A stretch of DNA of 41,317 nucleotides, taken from assembly GCF_001194135.2 (NCBI RefSeq), contig NC_068991.1, forward strand, positions 63,832,858 through 63,874,174. Reading direction: 5' to 3'. Numbering within the stretch: the first letter of the stretch is position 1; each line of letters opens with the position of its first letter. Under the pieces are notes generated by a model that did not search any database, had not been told where the DNA came from, and saw only the letters and a list, made by a program, of their open reading frames with translations. Origin of the DNA: Octopus bimaculoides (Eukaryota). Made by a program: the position numbers and the translations under genes. Shown here one piece after another: positions 24,142 to 35,961 of this stretch.

Positions 24142-24429
24142 AATATCCGTTCTTCTTTTCGTTAGAGGATCAATTCAATGAATTCAATTTTTGCGAGGGT
24201 TAAAGAATCTAACCTTTCGTCAGACGTATGGCAAAGGTTCACAATCTTCACTCTTAACCGCAGCTGAACTTATTAAACATTTCTAGAATTTTCCTACTGC
24301 TTCTTAGTAATAATAGTGCTTATTTCTAAGACCACAAAACTAGAATGTATTCGATATCATTACATAACTAGTACTATACTATCAACCTTGAGAGGATGAA
24401 ATGTAATTAATGGTAATATTGCAATAAAA

Positions 24430-26115
24430 AATAGAGCCTTCGTTATAGTTTCCACATGTGAATGCAGGAAGCATTAGCCAGGAGTAAGATACTACCAGTA
24501 GAGAAAGAGAGATTAAACATGTGACAATAAAGAAGTGGATGACAAACAGTCCTAGAGATAAAGATAAATTACGTGATGGATATTACAAGAGGAATCTTAT
24601 CTTCAGTTTTTTTTTCTTTTTTGCTTGGCGCTAACACTTTTAACTAATATGTTGAGTCAGGTTCTTGGCTTAACATATTACTCAGATGAAATGCTCTGGG
24701 AGGCAATAAGCCATACTTTGACCATATTTTTACAACCTGGGGTTGTACGCTGCAGAGGATAAACAACTTAAAACGGTGCTGCAGGTAGAATTCGGATTTA
24801 TTAACTGAATTGATATGCTATTGGGATTAGTAAATTGCGCTAAGGCAACCCTGAGGAGAGAAAAATTAATTAAAAGCGCTAATATCATGTTAGATAAAGA
24901 AATAGAGTTTAGAGAATTAGATCGAACACAGTGTTACGGATACTTAGGAATTAATGAACTAGACAGAGTAACGCACACACATATACACACATACGAAAGA
25001 AAAGCTTAAGACAGAACATTATAAACGCATTATATTAATACTTAAGATAAAGCTAAAAGTAAAAATAAGATGGCAGACATCAATACTCTAGCAGTCTCAG
25101 TAATAAGTTATAAGCATAATATTCTTAAGTGGACGTTAAATAACTTAGCAATATTAGAGAGAGAGAAAGAAAAAAGAAAAATAATAACTACATTCATGGT
25201 GTACCTACGAATCTTGACAGAATGTTTATATTTATCACAAACACAAACTGTTTTCTTTCTTTAAGGAAGCCAAGAAATACAAAATAGAGACTGAAATACC
25301 AGACACTTGTTAGATGAGAAGAGAAAAGAACATTACATATTGTAAAACACTTAACATCCTTGATGAAAATATCACTATAGACTACCATATTTTAGCAAGA
25401 AGAGCCCCCTACATAGATAGTAACTGGAGAAAAAGAAAGAAAAGAAATAAGATTGATAGCGACATAGAAAAATCGTAAAATTGTCTGAGAAACCGAAGAC
25501 TGAAAGCTGAAAGGAAAGAATTATTGACTGTGACACACGGACTCCTCTCTAGAATTGGCCACAAGTATGCAACGAAACAATATATTAAATAACTGCAGAT
25601 TACATGAAGGTTGTTATCGCGTATGACTTCGTGGCTTTCATACATTGAAAGTTTTGCCTGCATTATGAAATACCAACAGAATGTCGGTGGCATAGACATA
25701 CACTAGAAAATGTACCAGGGATATCAAAGTGATCAATTACTGTCAGGAAACACCATGAAAGGAAGTATCTGCTTATCAACATATCGGTCCCAACTGATGA
25801 TGGTATGTTCTTAAATTAAATGGAAAAAATAACTAAATATTAAGTTAAGGGAATAGAGATAATTAGAATAGTGGAACAGAAAATAGAAACAATGCATATA
25901 ATAAAGAGAACCTTGGGAATGATTTTAAAAGATGTACACAAATATATAGCCAAACCCCATGACTTAAAAATATGCGCAACGTTTAGAAAACTGGATGACT
26001 GAACACCGTACACATGTCACATCTTTTCTTTTCAATACAACTAAAAGTACAAAGCACTGCATATGGCCAACACACACAGGATCGTGCGCGGTAGAGAAGC
26101 GAAAACACGTAATAA
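24430..26115 (+). pseudogene. Decayed R4/Dong-type (restriction-like endonuclease) non-LTR retrotransposon: 5'-truncated RT, Zn-knuckle and RLE
   Basis: Frameshifted fragments in the expected order: RAF...QEALA; DITRGIL...FLFCLALTLLTNML; ISH...LYAAEDKQLKTVLQV (YMDD lost); GLVNCAKATLRREKLIK...YGYLGINE; DINTLAVSVISY...KWT; NCRLH; HYEIPTECRWHRH; LLINISVPTDD...MEKITKY...TLGMI. Ends in a TAA/TGA-rich tail. Confidence 0.88.
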
Positions 26116-27974
26116 GACTAGTTGATAATGATGATGATGATGGTGGTGATAATAATAATTATAGTTATAAAGGGAAGTGGAGGGAAGAAGAAATGGAAAA
26201 CGAGTACGATGAAAGAAGTGAAAGAGAAAAGTTGGAAGGAAAAGAAAAGAAAAAAGATTAAAGAGAAAGAAGAAAACAGTGAAGATGGTTTCTTTTCAGT
26301 GATTTGAAATGTTACGAATCACGAACACAATCATGAATGTAATTAATTGAATTAAAGCCCTAAAGATGTTTTTAGATAAAAATGGACTCCCTTATTGAAT
26401 TTGAAAATTGACTCACTCTATTTCGTGACATTTTGGTTGATGAAAATATTTTTAAACAGAGACATAACAGAAACACAAATATGGGCTTAAAAACTTTTTA
26501 AAAATTAATTACCAACATCCATTCACCGACCGAGTCATTAGATAAAAGAACATGTCATAAGAAAATCACGCTTGGTTTTGTTTAGGCCCCAGATACAGCA
26601 TATCTGTCATCAAATGCAACGTAGCTGTGCCCTTCCTATTATTATATTCAAAAATAATTATGACTGAGCTCATATCATTAAGTTTATGTTGCATTTTTAA
26701 TCAGCAAGTAATTAAACAGAAACAGTTTTAACTATTATTTGCAGCAGGTCAAACACTCACATAAAGCATGTCTCTTTGGTTCGTATTGGCTGACGCTTTT
26801 AATATTAAGCTCCAGGACAAATCTGACCTGTCAAACATAACTACCCAGTCTATATTTGGATGGTATACTTATATTACATCTATAGTATATCTGCGATTTC
26901 ATTATCCAATATGGTTTTCCTTTTTAAAGACAGCAGGAGTGGTCTAAGAGGAAGATTTGGTTACTAAATTGAAACTAGACAAATTTTGACTATGTATTAA
27001 AACCGAGCACATTTTATATTTACGTACAAAAGAAGGAAAAAAAAACTTTGATAATGGGATATCACTTACAAAATTTCAGAAAAACCAAAGTTCTCCAAAA
27101 TTTTGATATAAATTCTTTAGAAATTTTATTAAATTTAGAAATCAATAATAATAATAATACTGCTAATTTAGGAAGTTAAAAGAAAAATTATAGAACATAA
27201 ATAAAATTTCAGTCCAACCATGTACTATCATAAATAATTTAGGGAAATGTAATTATTCCTTTCAAGCAAGTGGCCATTAATATACAGTTTATTTAAACAA
27301 TGTATCTTCCTTTATTACAACAATCCTTTATTAAAAGTATTTAAAAGATGTATATCATCGTGTAACAATGCAGTTTTGTGTTACAAAAAAAATGCATTAA
27401 ATCCACGAGTTAAAGTATAAGATTAATTACATGAGTAATACTAATATAAATTCTCCAAAAGTGAAAGGTAGAAAATGGAAACTTATTTGGTTTAATGGTC
27501 CATTTAGCCTTACTGTAAGATTAATATCACTAAACAACCATTGGATTTATTAGATATTTTCAGAAAATGCATACATTTAAAAAAAAATCTGTCGAAACAA
27601 AATTCGTTATGCTAATGTCAGAGGAGGGAAAAACAAGAGGTACTTCTTCTCTGGTGATCACTCAACAAATTATGAAGGGGTCTGTGTGAAGGCGTTCCCA
27701 ATTCTCTCCATTCCCCCGTAAAGGCAAGAGCGTAAGAGTAATATATTTGCATTCTGATACTTAATTTATATAATTCTAATCACGCATAATTAATTACAGA
27801 GTAAAAGCTTTCTAATATGTTTGGATTTAATACAGTACATCTGATTTACGCTCTTTGTGCTTATATGTATGAACGTATGTATGTATGTATGTATGTATGT
27901 ATGTATGGCTTACTGTCTGTCTGTCTGGATAGATGAGTGTATGTATGTATTTACATACATGAGTACACACAAAA

Positions 27975-28165
27975 ATGACCGTTGACTGAACACTATTCAA
28001 TTTTTTTTCTCCGTGTTTTTCTCCTTGTCTCCGTATTCTTTCTGTTGAAAAGCGTAGCTCGAAACGTCAAAGACTTTCCGTATTCCCGAGCGTCATACTA
28101 ATATATACTTTTGTTATTTACACCACCTGTCCTCGTCTGTTGTTATTATTTGTATATTCTCCCAT
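27975..28165 (+). mobile_element. Penelope-like terminal-repeat relic with a hammerhead-like motif
   Basis: TCTTT-CTGTTGA-AA-AGC-GTA-GCT-C-GAAAC-GTC-AAAGA (28037-28073). Homologous to 7330-7520 and abuts (TA)n. Confidence 0.6.
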
Positions 28166-28671
28166 ATATATATATNNNNNNNNNNNNNNNNNNNNNNNNN
28201 NNNNNNNNNNNNNNNNNNNNNNNNNNNNNNNNNNNNNNNNNNNNNNNNNNNNNNNNNNNNNNNNNNNNNNNNNNNNNNNNNNNNNNNNNNNNNNNNNNNN
28301 NNNNNNNNNNNNNNNNNNNNNNNNNNNNNNNNNNNNNNNNNNNNNNNNNNNNNNNNNNNNNNNNNNNNNNNNNNNNNNNNNNNNNNNNNNNNNNNNNNNN
28401 NNNNNNNNNNNNNNNNNNNNNNNNNNNNNNNNNNNNNNNNNNNNNNNNNNNNNNNNNNNNNNNNNNNNNNNNNNNNNNNNNNNNNNNNNNNNNNNNNNNN
28501 NNNNNNNNNNNNNNNNNNNNNNNNNNNNNNNNNNNNNNNNNNNNNNNNNNNNNNNNNNNNNNNNNNNNNNNNNNNNNNNNNNNNNNNNNNNNNNNNNNNN
28601 NNNNNNNNNNNNNNNNNNNNNNNNNNNNNNNNNNNNNNNNNNNNNNNNNNNNNNNNNNNNNNNNNNNNNNN

Positions 28672-28711
<40 letters not shown>

Positions 28712-29144
28712 GAGAGAGAGAGAGATGCACGCATACACACAAACACACACAGACTTACACAAACATGTAAATATTCATATGCCTGTGCGTGTTTGCAGTG
28801 TTTATGTGAACATGTGTCACTTGAATGTGATCCGTCAAACCATTTCTTAATATTTTGAAATTATTTCATCCTTACTTTCAGGACCACTACGAATTGCCGC
28901 CATATTTTTTCTTCCCCTTACTAAAAATCCAAGCTGAATTTATTGGGAATTTTCTACCTACACCATTCAGTACATCTTCTATCTGAATTATTTCATGAAG
29001 AAATCTTATTTTACTTATTATATTTTCCCGTAGGTTTTAAACTACCGAGTTCTCTTTTAAGAATACAGAAAAACTAAAAGACGAATTTGTCCTCGAATGA
29101 GCTCATCTCCATTACACAATATTTATATATCATTTATCAATATT

Positions 29145-29340
29145 GGTTTCAAATTTTGACTCGAGGACAATAATTTCAGATGAAAGAGTAAGTCGAGTAC
29201 GTCGACTCTAGTGATCAACTGGTACTTATTTTATCGACCCCGAAGGGATAAAAAGTGAAGTCGACCTCAGCGGAATTAGAACTGAGAACGTAAGAAATGC
29301 CGCTAAACATTTTTCCCGGCGTGCTAACGATTCTGTTAGC
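29145..29340 (-). mobile_element. Family 1 SINE
   Basis: GGTTTCAAATTTTG...CTGGTACTTATTTTATCGACCCCGAAGGGAT...CCCGGCGTGCTAACGATTCTG. Confidence 0.88.
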
Positions 29341-29496
29341 ATATATGAATATAATTATGAATATAATTAACCATTTACCAACATTAATTATAATTTGGGT
29401 TTACGTTCGAAATCCGGTAAACAAAATACTGAAGTTTACTCTTTCCTTTGCTTATAAAATATTTCAACTTGAGTTGAATATTAACGGTTCCTGAGT

Positions 29497-29660
29497 TCGA
29501 CCCAAGACCAGCAATTATAAGGGGAGAGAATTGGTCGATACCATGGACCCCCACCCCCTAAACAGTTCACTGATAATTTATTTTATCGACTAAATAAATT
29601 AAAGGATGAAAGGCAAAGTTGATCGCCCCGGGATTAGTACTCGGAATGTAAAGTGTTAGA
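29497..29660 (-). mobile_element. Family 1 SINE, degenerate
   Basis: TTTTATCGAC...AAAGGATGAAAGGCAAAGTTGA. Confidence 0.65.
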
Positions 29661-29716
29661 AGAAAAATTGTTTATCTACAAAGCTGCCTAGCAATCTATC
29701 TACTTAGCAATCTTAC

Positions 29717-29925
29717 GTATGTATGTATGTATGTATGTATGTATGTATGTATGTATGTATGTGTGTGTGTATGGATGTATGTATGTATGTATGTATGTGT
29801 GTATGGATGTATGTAGGTATGTATCTATCTGTCTGTCTGTCTATTTATCTGTCTATCTGTTTGTCTGTCTTTTTGTCTGTCTGACTGTGTGTCTGTGTGT
29901 GTGTGCATGTGTGCGCACGCGTGAG
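29717..29925. repeat. Compound (TATG)/(TCTG)/(TG) microsatellite
   Basis: Direct reading. Confidence 0.95.
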
Positions 29926-30090
29926 CGTCTGTGGATAGTTTAGAAAGAAGGAAAATACATTCAATACTTACAGTACTGATTGCAAGTTTTATTAGACTTC
30001 AAGGTGTCTCAAATTGTTACTTTGAGACTCACGTTACCGATTATAAAACGATCGAAGAAGGGGACCAACGTGAGAATATATAAGCAAAGT

Positions 30091-30248
30091 TCGTCTGTCA
30101 TTACGTTCTGAGTTCGAATTTTGCAGAGGCCGCCTTTGACTTCCATCCTTTCAGGGTTGATAAAACATATCAGCTAAGAACAGGGGTCCAATGTAATCGA
30201 TTTTCCCCCTCCCACGAAATTGCTGATCTTGTGCCAAAATTTGAAATC
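30091..30248 (+). mobile_element. Family 1 SINE, 5'-truncated
   Basis: Perfect 16-bp TSD AATATATAAGCAAAGT (30075-30090, 30249-30264). Confidence 0.9.
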
Positions 30249-31336
30249 AATATATAAGCAAAGTATTCGTTCACACATCTGAATATGATTTGCCTTCAAG
30301 ATTTGATTGACTGCCTATTGTCTATTGTCTTTGTCTATTGCCACATACAGAGCACGTAATGCATTCATCTATTCACATACAAGATCGCATGTTTTTTAAT
30401 ATACAATGTGTCATACGTATAAATCACACAAAAGCATGGCAGCAGCTATTCTTAATGCGGTTTTACATTTAATGAATAACTGGATGTTTCTTTCCAATAT
30501 GCGGCGATATATCAAGGTATGACAAATCCATTGTGTAGAAACTAAACGTTTTTAAGCAAAAGGTATTTGGGAATTTCTCAATGAATGTTGATGGAATATG
30601 TGCAAAAAGTTACCAATTCCGATCTTCCACTAAAAATATCGAAGCATTGTTAAACTTCTCTGAGAGATTTAACATAGCGAAACGTATTTTATGAACTGGT
30701 TAATTACTTAATTGTTAATATCGTCCTTCTTTAAGTTTCAGATATATTTGAGCAATTTTGTGGTAACTTATGAATTTTAAGTATATTGTAGGATCGATTT
30801 TTTTTCAAGGGATTTTCAGTAAGTCCTATATATAACGTTTAGTTTTATTTTATTTGTAAGACAGACCTTATCTCAATAAAATAATGATTTTGAGATATAT
30901 ATAATATCGAAAGGAAAAACATTTGTTTTGTTGCAATTATTCAAAGATATTTAAATATTTTTACTAGAATAAATTTTTCTGTTTATTTTACCTGTAGAAA
31001 AAGCGAAAGTTTTGGTGAAATTGTATCTCACCTTAATGATTTTTGTAAAATTCTGTAATATCTTTTACCTTCGGAAAAATACATATTTATAAGGTTTAGG
31101 AAAATAATGGTAATTTTCGAAACAGCATTTAAACTATATACAGAAATTTTACTATGAATTTTCTCCGCATTTTATTTGCATTCTTTGAATATTAGTGCTG
31201 TTGTGTATATGTTATGCTGTTTTGAAGCCAATGTCATTCAGTGCATCATTGTAATAATGAGCAACGTTATTAAAAGTTTGTTTGACTAAGGCAATCTGGA
31301 TGTGCGCTCACTATTGTCATTAACTAAGGTTTTAAG

Positions 31337-31557
31337 AAGGCAGCGAGCTGGCTGAATCGTTAGCACGTAGGGGGAAATGCTTAGCAGTATTTCATCTTTC
31401 TTTAGGTTCTGAGTTCAACTTCCACCGAGGTCGACTTTGACTTTCATCCTTCCTGGGTCGATAAATAAAGTACCCGCTGCGTACTGCGGTCGATCTAATC
31501 GACTGGGTCCCCCCCCCAAAAAAAAAATTTCGGGCCTTGAGCCTAACGTAGAAAAGA
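31337..31557 (+). mobile_element. Family 1 SINE, full length
   Basis: Full head and body. Near-TSD ATTAACTAAG(G/A)TTTTAAG on both sides. Confidence 0.88.
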
Positions 31558-31844
31558 TTAACTAAGATTTTTAAGGATTAATGAGTGATGGTTGAAATGT
31601 ATATACTGTATTTTTTTGTTATTTATCAATGCTACAACTGTATTAGTAATAAGTACTCTCTGCGCTTTTATGTGTTTCGGATATACGACACTGGAGACAA
31701 GGAAATATTGTGTGCTGTTGCTTGTGGCAGTTGAAGAGTTGAATGTGCGAGGCATTTTAAAGATACAGAAAAACTTTAACTCCTTACACTATAAACTCTC
31801 CGCCTGGTGCGTAACTACAAAGTAAAACCGTGGTTAAGGCTAGG

Positions 31845-32889
31845 ATATAACCCCACCGTCGTTCTAAAAATCCAGGCACCACAATGATGGAGAGTATATA
31901 TAAAAAAATTGTCAGGCAAAAGAAGTGAAGTAAGGGAATATATGTTTATACCATTTGTTAACAAATATTCTCTCACTTCTCTTATCTTGTGAATTTATNN
32001 NNNNNNNNNNNNNNNNNNNNNNNNNNNNNNNNNNNNNNNNNNNNNNNNNNNNNNNNNNNNNNNNNNNNNNNNNNNNNNNNNNNNNNNNNNNNNNNNNNNN
32101 NNNNNNNNNNNNNNNNNNNNNNNNNNNNNNNNNNNNNNNNNNNNNNNNNNNNNNNNNNNNNNNNNNNNNNNNNNNNNNNNNNNNNNNNNNNNNNNNNNNN
32201 NNNNNNNNNNNNNNNNNNNNNNNNNNNNNNNNNNNNNNNNNNNNNNNNNNNNNNNNNNNNNNNNNNNNNNNNNNNNNNNNNNNNNNNNNNNNNNNNNNNN
32301 NNNNNNNNNNNNNNNNNNNNNNNNNNNNNNNNNNNNNTATATATATATATATATATATGGAGGCGCAATGGCCCAGTGGTTAGGGCAGCGGACTCGCGGT
32401 CATAGGATCGCGGTTTCGATTCCCAGACCGGGCATTGTGAGTGTTTATTGAGCGAAAACACCAACAGCTCCGGCAGGGGATGGTGGTGAACCCTGCTGTA
32501 CTTTTCACCACAACTTTCTCTCACTCTTCCTTCCTGTTTCGGTTGCACCTGTAATTCAAACGGTCACACTGTGTCACGCTGAATATTCTCGAGTATTACG
32601 TTAAGGGTACACGTGTCTGTGGAGTCCTCAGCCACTTGTACGTTAATTTCACGAACAGGCTGTTCCGTTGATCGAATCAACTGGAACTCTCGACGTCATA
32701 AGCGACGGAGTGCCAACACACATATATAACTCCACCGTCATTCTAAAAATCCAGGAAGCTCAATGATGGAGAGTATATATAAAAAATTATCAAGCAAAAG
32801 AAGTAAAGTGAGGGAATATATGTTTATACCATTTGTTAATAAATGGTATAAACACATATTCTCTCACTTGTCTTATCTTGTGAATTTAT
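31845..32889. repeat. ~155-bp direct repeat (31845-31998, 32724-32889) flanking a gap and a SINE
   Basis: Manual alignment gives roughly 90% identity plus a 13-nt indel. Confidence 0.9.
32359..32720 (+). mobile_element. Family 2 head (H1) joined to tail T2
   Basis: GGAGGCGCAATGGCCCAGTGGTTAGGGC...GGTTTCGATTCC, then the T2 module ending CGACGGAGTGCCA. Confidence 0.9.
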
Positions 32890-33074
32890 ATGTATATGTA
32901 TGTGTGTGTGTTTGTGGATGAAAAGATCTTATGGCTTATTGCTTAATGTTCCACATAGCGGGATTAAAACTATAACCAGGTGATTTAGAAGCAAATTTAT
33001 TGAATATGCGGCCATTCCAGATCCGGGTATAGAGAAAGTAGCTGGTTTAGAGAAACAATAATCGATAATAAATG

Positions 33075-33290
33075 CGTCAAATTTTGGCACAAGGTTAATA
33101 ATTTTAGAGGGGAAGGGTCTGTCGATTATGTTGAGCCCAGTACTTGACTTATTCTTTATTTTATCGATCCCGAAAGAACGAAAGGGAAAGTTGACATCAG
33201 CGGGATTTGAACTCAGGCCATATAGAATCAGAAAAAATACTGCAAAGATTTTTTTCTGATATTCTAACAATTCTGTTGGTTCGCAGTTTC
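33075..33290 (-). mobile_element. Family 1 SINE
   Basis: AAATTTTGGCACAAGG...TTTTATCGATCCCGAAAG...GATTTGAACTCAG. Confidence 0.8.
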
Positions 33291-33879
33291 ATAATCGGTA
33301 ATAATGGTAGCCGTAGACATCATGAAGAGAGGATATCGCTCGGTCATGGATGAAAGATCATCACCCAATTAGTTAGATGGCCAGATATCTTTTGATGCGG
33401 TCTGTTACGCTTATGCGTTTAGCAGAAGCAACAGAACATTTTATGAGATTAGAAATGGCCTTACCGCATTTTTTTTCTAAATCCTTTATATTAGCGATGT
33501 TTCCATATCAATGCGGCAATGCGATGATTATATCAAAATCTTCTTTAATCTGCACGTGAGGTGTTATTCGATAAAACCTCTTAAGCTGACGTTAAGAATA
33601 ATCAGGAGTTTGTGTTGATACTCTTAGGACTATAACCGACCAACCGACCTAATATACTCAACACGTGACATTAATTCTATTGATAAAATTAACGAGGATA
33701 CTGGAACAGTGCAGGCTGCTTAGAGTGTAGAAAGCTGAACTAACTGAACAAAGAAAGCCAGATTAAATGTATTTCAGTGCATAATTTCACTGTATTTTGA
33801 GTTCGAAATCATGTCAGTGTGTATTTTCTTCGCCATGCAACAGTTGCTTAAATCAATATTCCTAAAAAACATCGTAGAT

Positions 33880-34230
33880 ATCTTTTATCTTTTACTTGTT
33901 TCACTCATTGGATTGCAGCCATACTGAAGTAATGGTTTTAGTGAATCAGACTGACTCCAATGCTTATTTTAAAGTTTGGTACTTATTCTATCGGTCTTTT
34001 TGCCGAACCGCTACGGAGATGTAAACAAACCAACACCGGTTATTAAGCGGTGGGAGGACAAACGCAGACACAAGGACGCACAGAATATTTCGGCAGGTTT
34101 TCACACTTTCCGTTTACCAAATTCTCTCACAAAGGGCTATGATAGAAGACATTTGACTAAGGTATCGCGGAGTGGGATTGAACTCAAATCCACATGGCTG
34201 CAAGGCGAACTGCTTAACAACACAGACATG
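33880..34230 (-). mobile_element. Family 4 SINE, near full length
   Basis: TTTTACTTGTTTCA...GTACTTATTCTATCGGTC...GCCGAACCGCT...GTGGGATTGAACTC; the tRNA-like head is at the right end. Confidence 0.8.
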
Positions 34231-34419
34231 TCTGAGCTTAAATATGAATAGAACTATGATAAGAGTATTAAAGGTAGAAATCGACCGATATTTATATTTG
34301 AGAAATAGAAGTAGAAATCAGATGAAAATAATTGAATCAGAATTAATTACTTGTCCTACACTCTGTTACAAATTAATACGACATTCATCGATTACTGACG
34401 TAATATGTTCAATATTACT

Positions 34420-34793
34420 AAGGCGGCGGGCTGGCAGAAACGTTAGCACGCCGGGCGAAATGCTTAACAGTATTTCGTCTGTCTTTATGTTCTGAGTTCA
34501 AATTCCGCCGAGGTCGACTTTGCCTTTCATTCTTTCGAGGTCGATAAATTAAGTACCCGTTGCGTACTGAGGTCGATGTAATCGACTTAATCTCTTTGTC
34601 CGTCCTTGTTTGTTCCCTCTATGTTTAGCCCCTTGTGGGCAATAAAGAAATAAGAAACGTTAGCACGCCGGGCGAAATGCTTAGCGGTATTTCGTCTGTC
34701 TTTATGTTCTGAGTTCAAATTCCGCCGAGGTTGACTTTGCCTTTCATCATTTCGGGGACGATAAATTAGGTACCAGTTGCGTGCTAGGATGGA
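34420..34793 (+). mobile_element. Dimeric family 1 SINE (second monomer cut by a gap)
   Basis: Same junction GCAATAAAGAAATA|AGAAACGTTAGCACGCC at 34652/34653. The two monomers are nearly identical. Confidence 0.92.
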
Positions 34794-35257
34794 NNNNNNN
34801 NNNNNNNNNNNNNNNNNNNNNNNNNNNNNNNNNNNNNNNNNNNNNNNNNNNNNNNNNNNNNNNNNNNNNNNNNNNNNNNNNNNNNNNNNNNNNNNNNNNN
34901 NNNNNNNNNNNNNNNNNNNNNNNNNNNNNNNNNNNNNTTATATAATGTCATCACGATGGAAGGACTTAAAGGCCATAAGCTTTTCCCGTTCCTTCAGAAT
35001 AATCTAAGGAAGGAACATGTATTGCTATATGAAATCATTTCCATGAAAAAAGGTAAATTTCAGATCCTAGTCACCCATGATAACAGACCTGTGATCGAAA
35101 GCACACCAGGTACGACCACTCTGCTTTTTGGGGGATATTAAAGATTATATTGTCCAATGTGACCTTACTTTTTATTAATATAGTACGTGTGATTTCGGTA
35201 AGATTTGGCTACTGACGCTAGGGACTGCATATAGATTCCCCTACCACCCTGAGCATC

Positions 35258-35305
<48 letters not shown>

Positions 35306-35377
35306 TTCCATATGTAAACCCTCTAGAATATGCTTGATCAATATATATTTTATCTGCCTCACAAAATTTAATAAGTT

Positions 35378-35430
35378 ATTGTATCGAAGATTGTATCGAA
35401 GATTGTATCGAAGATTGTATCGAAGATTGT
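35378..35430. repeat. 12-bp minisatellite, about 4.4 copies
   Basis: ATTGTATCGAAG x4 plus ATTGT. Confidence 0.95.
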
Positions 35431-35671
35431 TCGATAGCTAAGGGCGAGATATCGACCATCAATTATCGATGCATTCCATCTATGTCTACGTAAATATGTC
35501 TCTATTTTGTCAGCTGAGCAGAATATAATTCACTCAGAACATCTAACAAGTCTGAAACACGTACACCGCTTTGCCTCAATCGGTTTTACAGACAAGATCC
35601 ACGCCTGTCTGTACAATTTTTATTTTCCAATAATTTCAGTCAGCTGATTTTGTTGGAATTTACGACTTCGC

Positions 35672-35800
35672 TTATTCTTTTACTCTTTTACTTGTTTCAA
35701 TCATTTGACTGCGGCCATGCTGGAGTACAACCTTTAGTCGAACGAATCGACCCCAGCACCTATTCTTTGTAAGCCTAGTACTTGTTCTGTTGGTCATTTT
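35672..35800 (-). mobile_element. Family 4 SINE 3' fragment
   Basis: CTTGTTTCAATCATTTGACTGCGGCCATGCTGGAG...TTTGTAAGCCTAGTACTT. Confidence 0.85.
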
Positions 35801-35961
35801 TGCATGCGTGACGCACATGGAATGGATTTCTTTTGAGGTGAGATGCCTGAACTCACTAGCCGATGAATTCGTAAGTGCCTTTTCTTCTCGTTGGTTTTTG
35901 GTGTCGCATGGCCAGAAATTACCGTGAATTTTTTTAGAGACACTTTCAAATTTATCAGAAT

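Noticed and set aside
30006-30028. Short hairpins GTCTCAAA/TTTGAGAC and CTTTATAAC/GTTATAAAG (37182-37206)
   Set aside because: Stems of 8-9 bp are expected by chance in AT-rich DNA.
32359-32430. tRNA-like sequences at SINE heads (also 1313, 14018, 19010) as tRNA genes
   Set aside because: A and B boxes are present, but they continue into SINE bodies and lack a full cloverleaf with acceptor stem.
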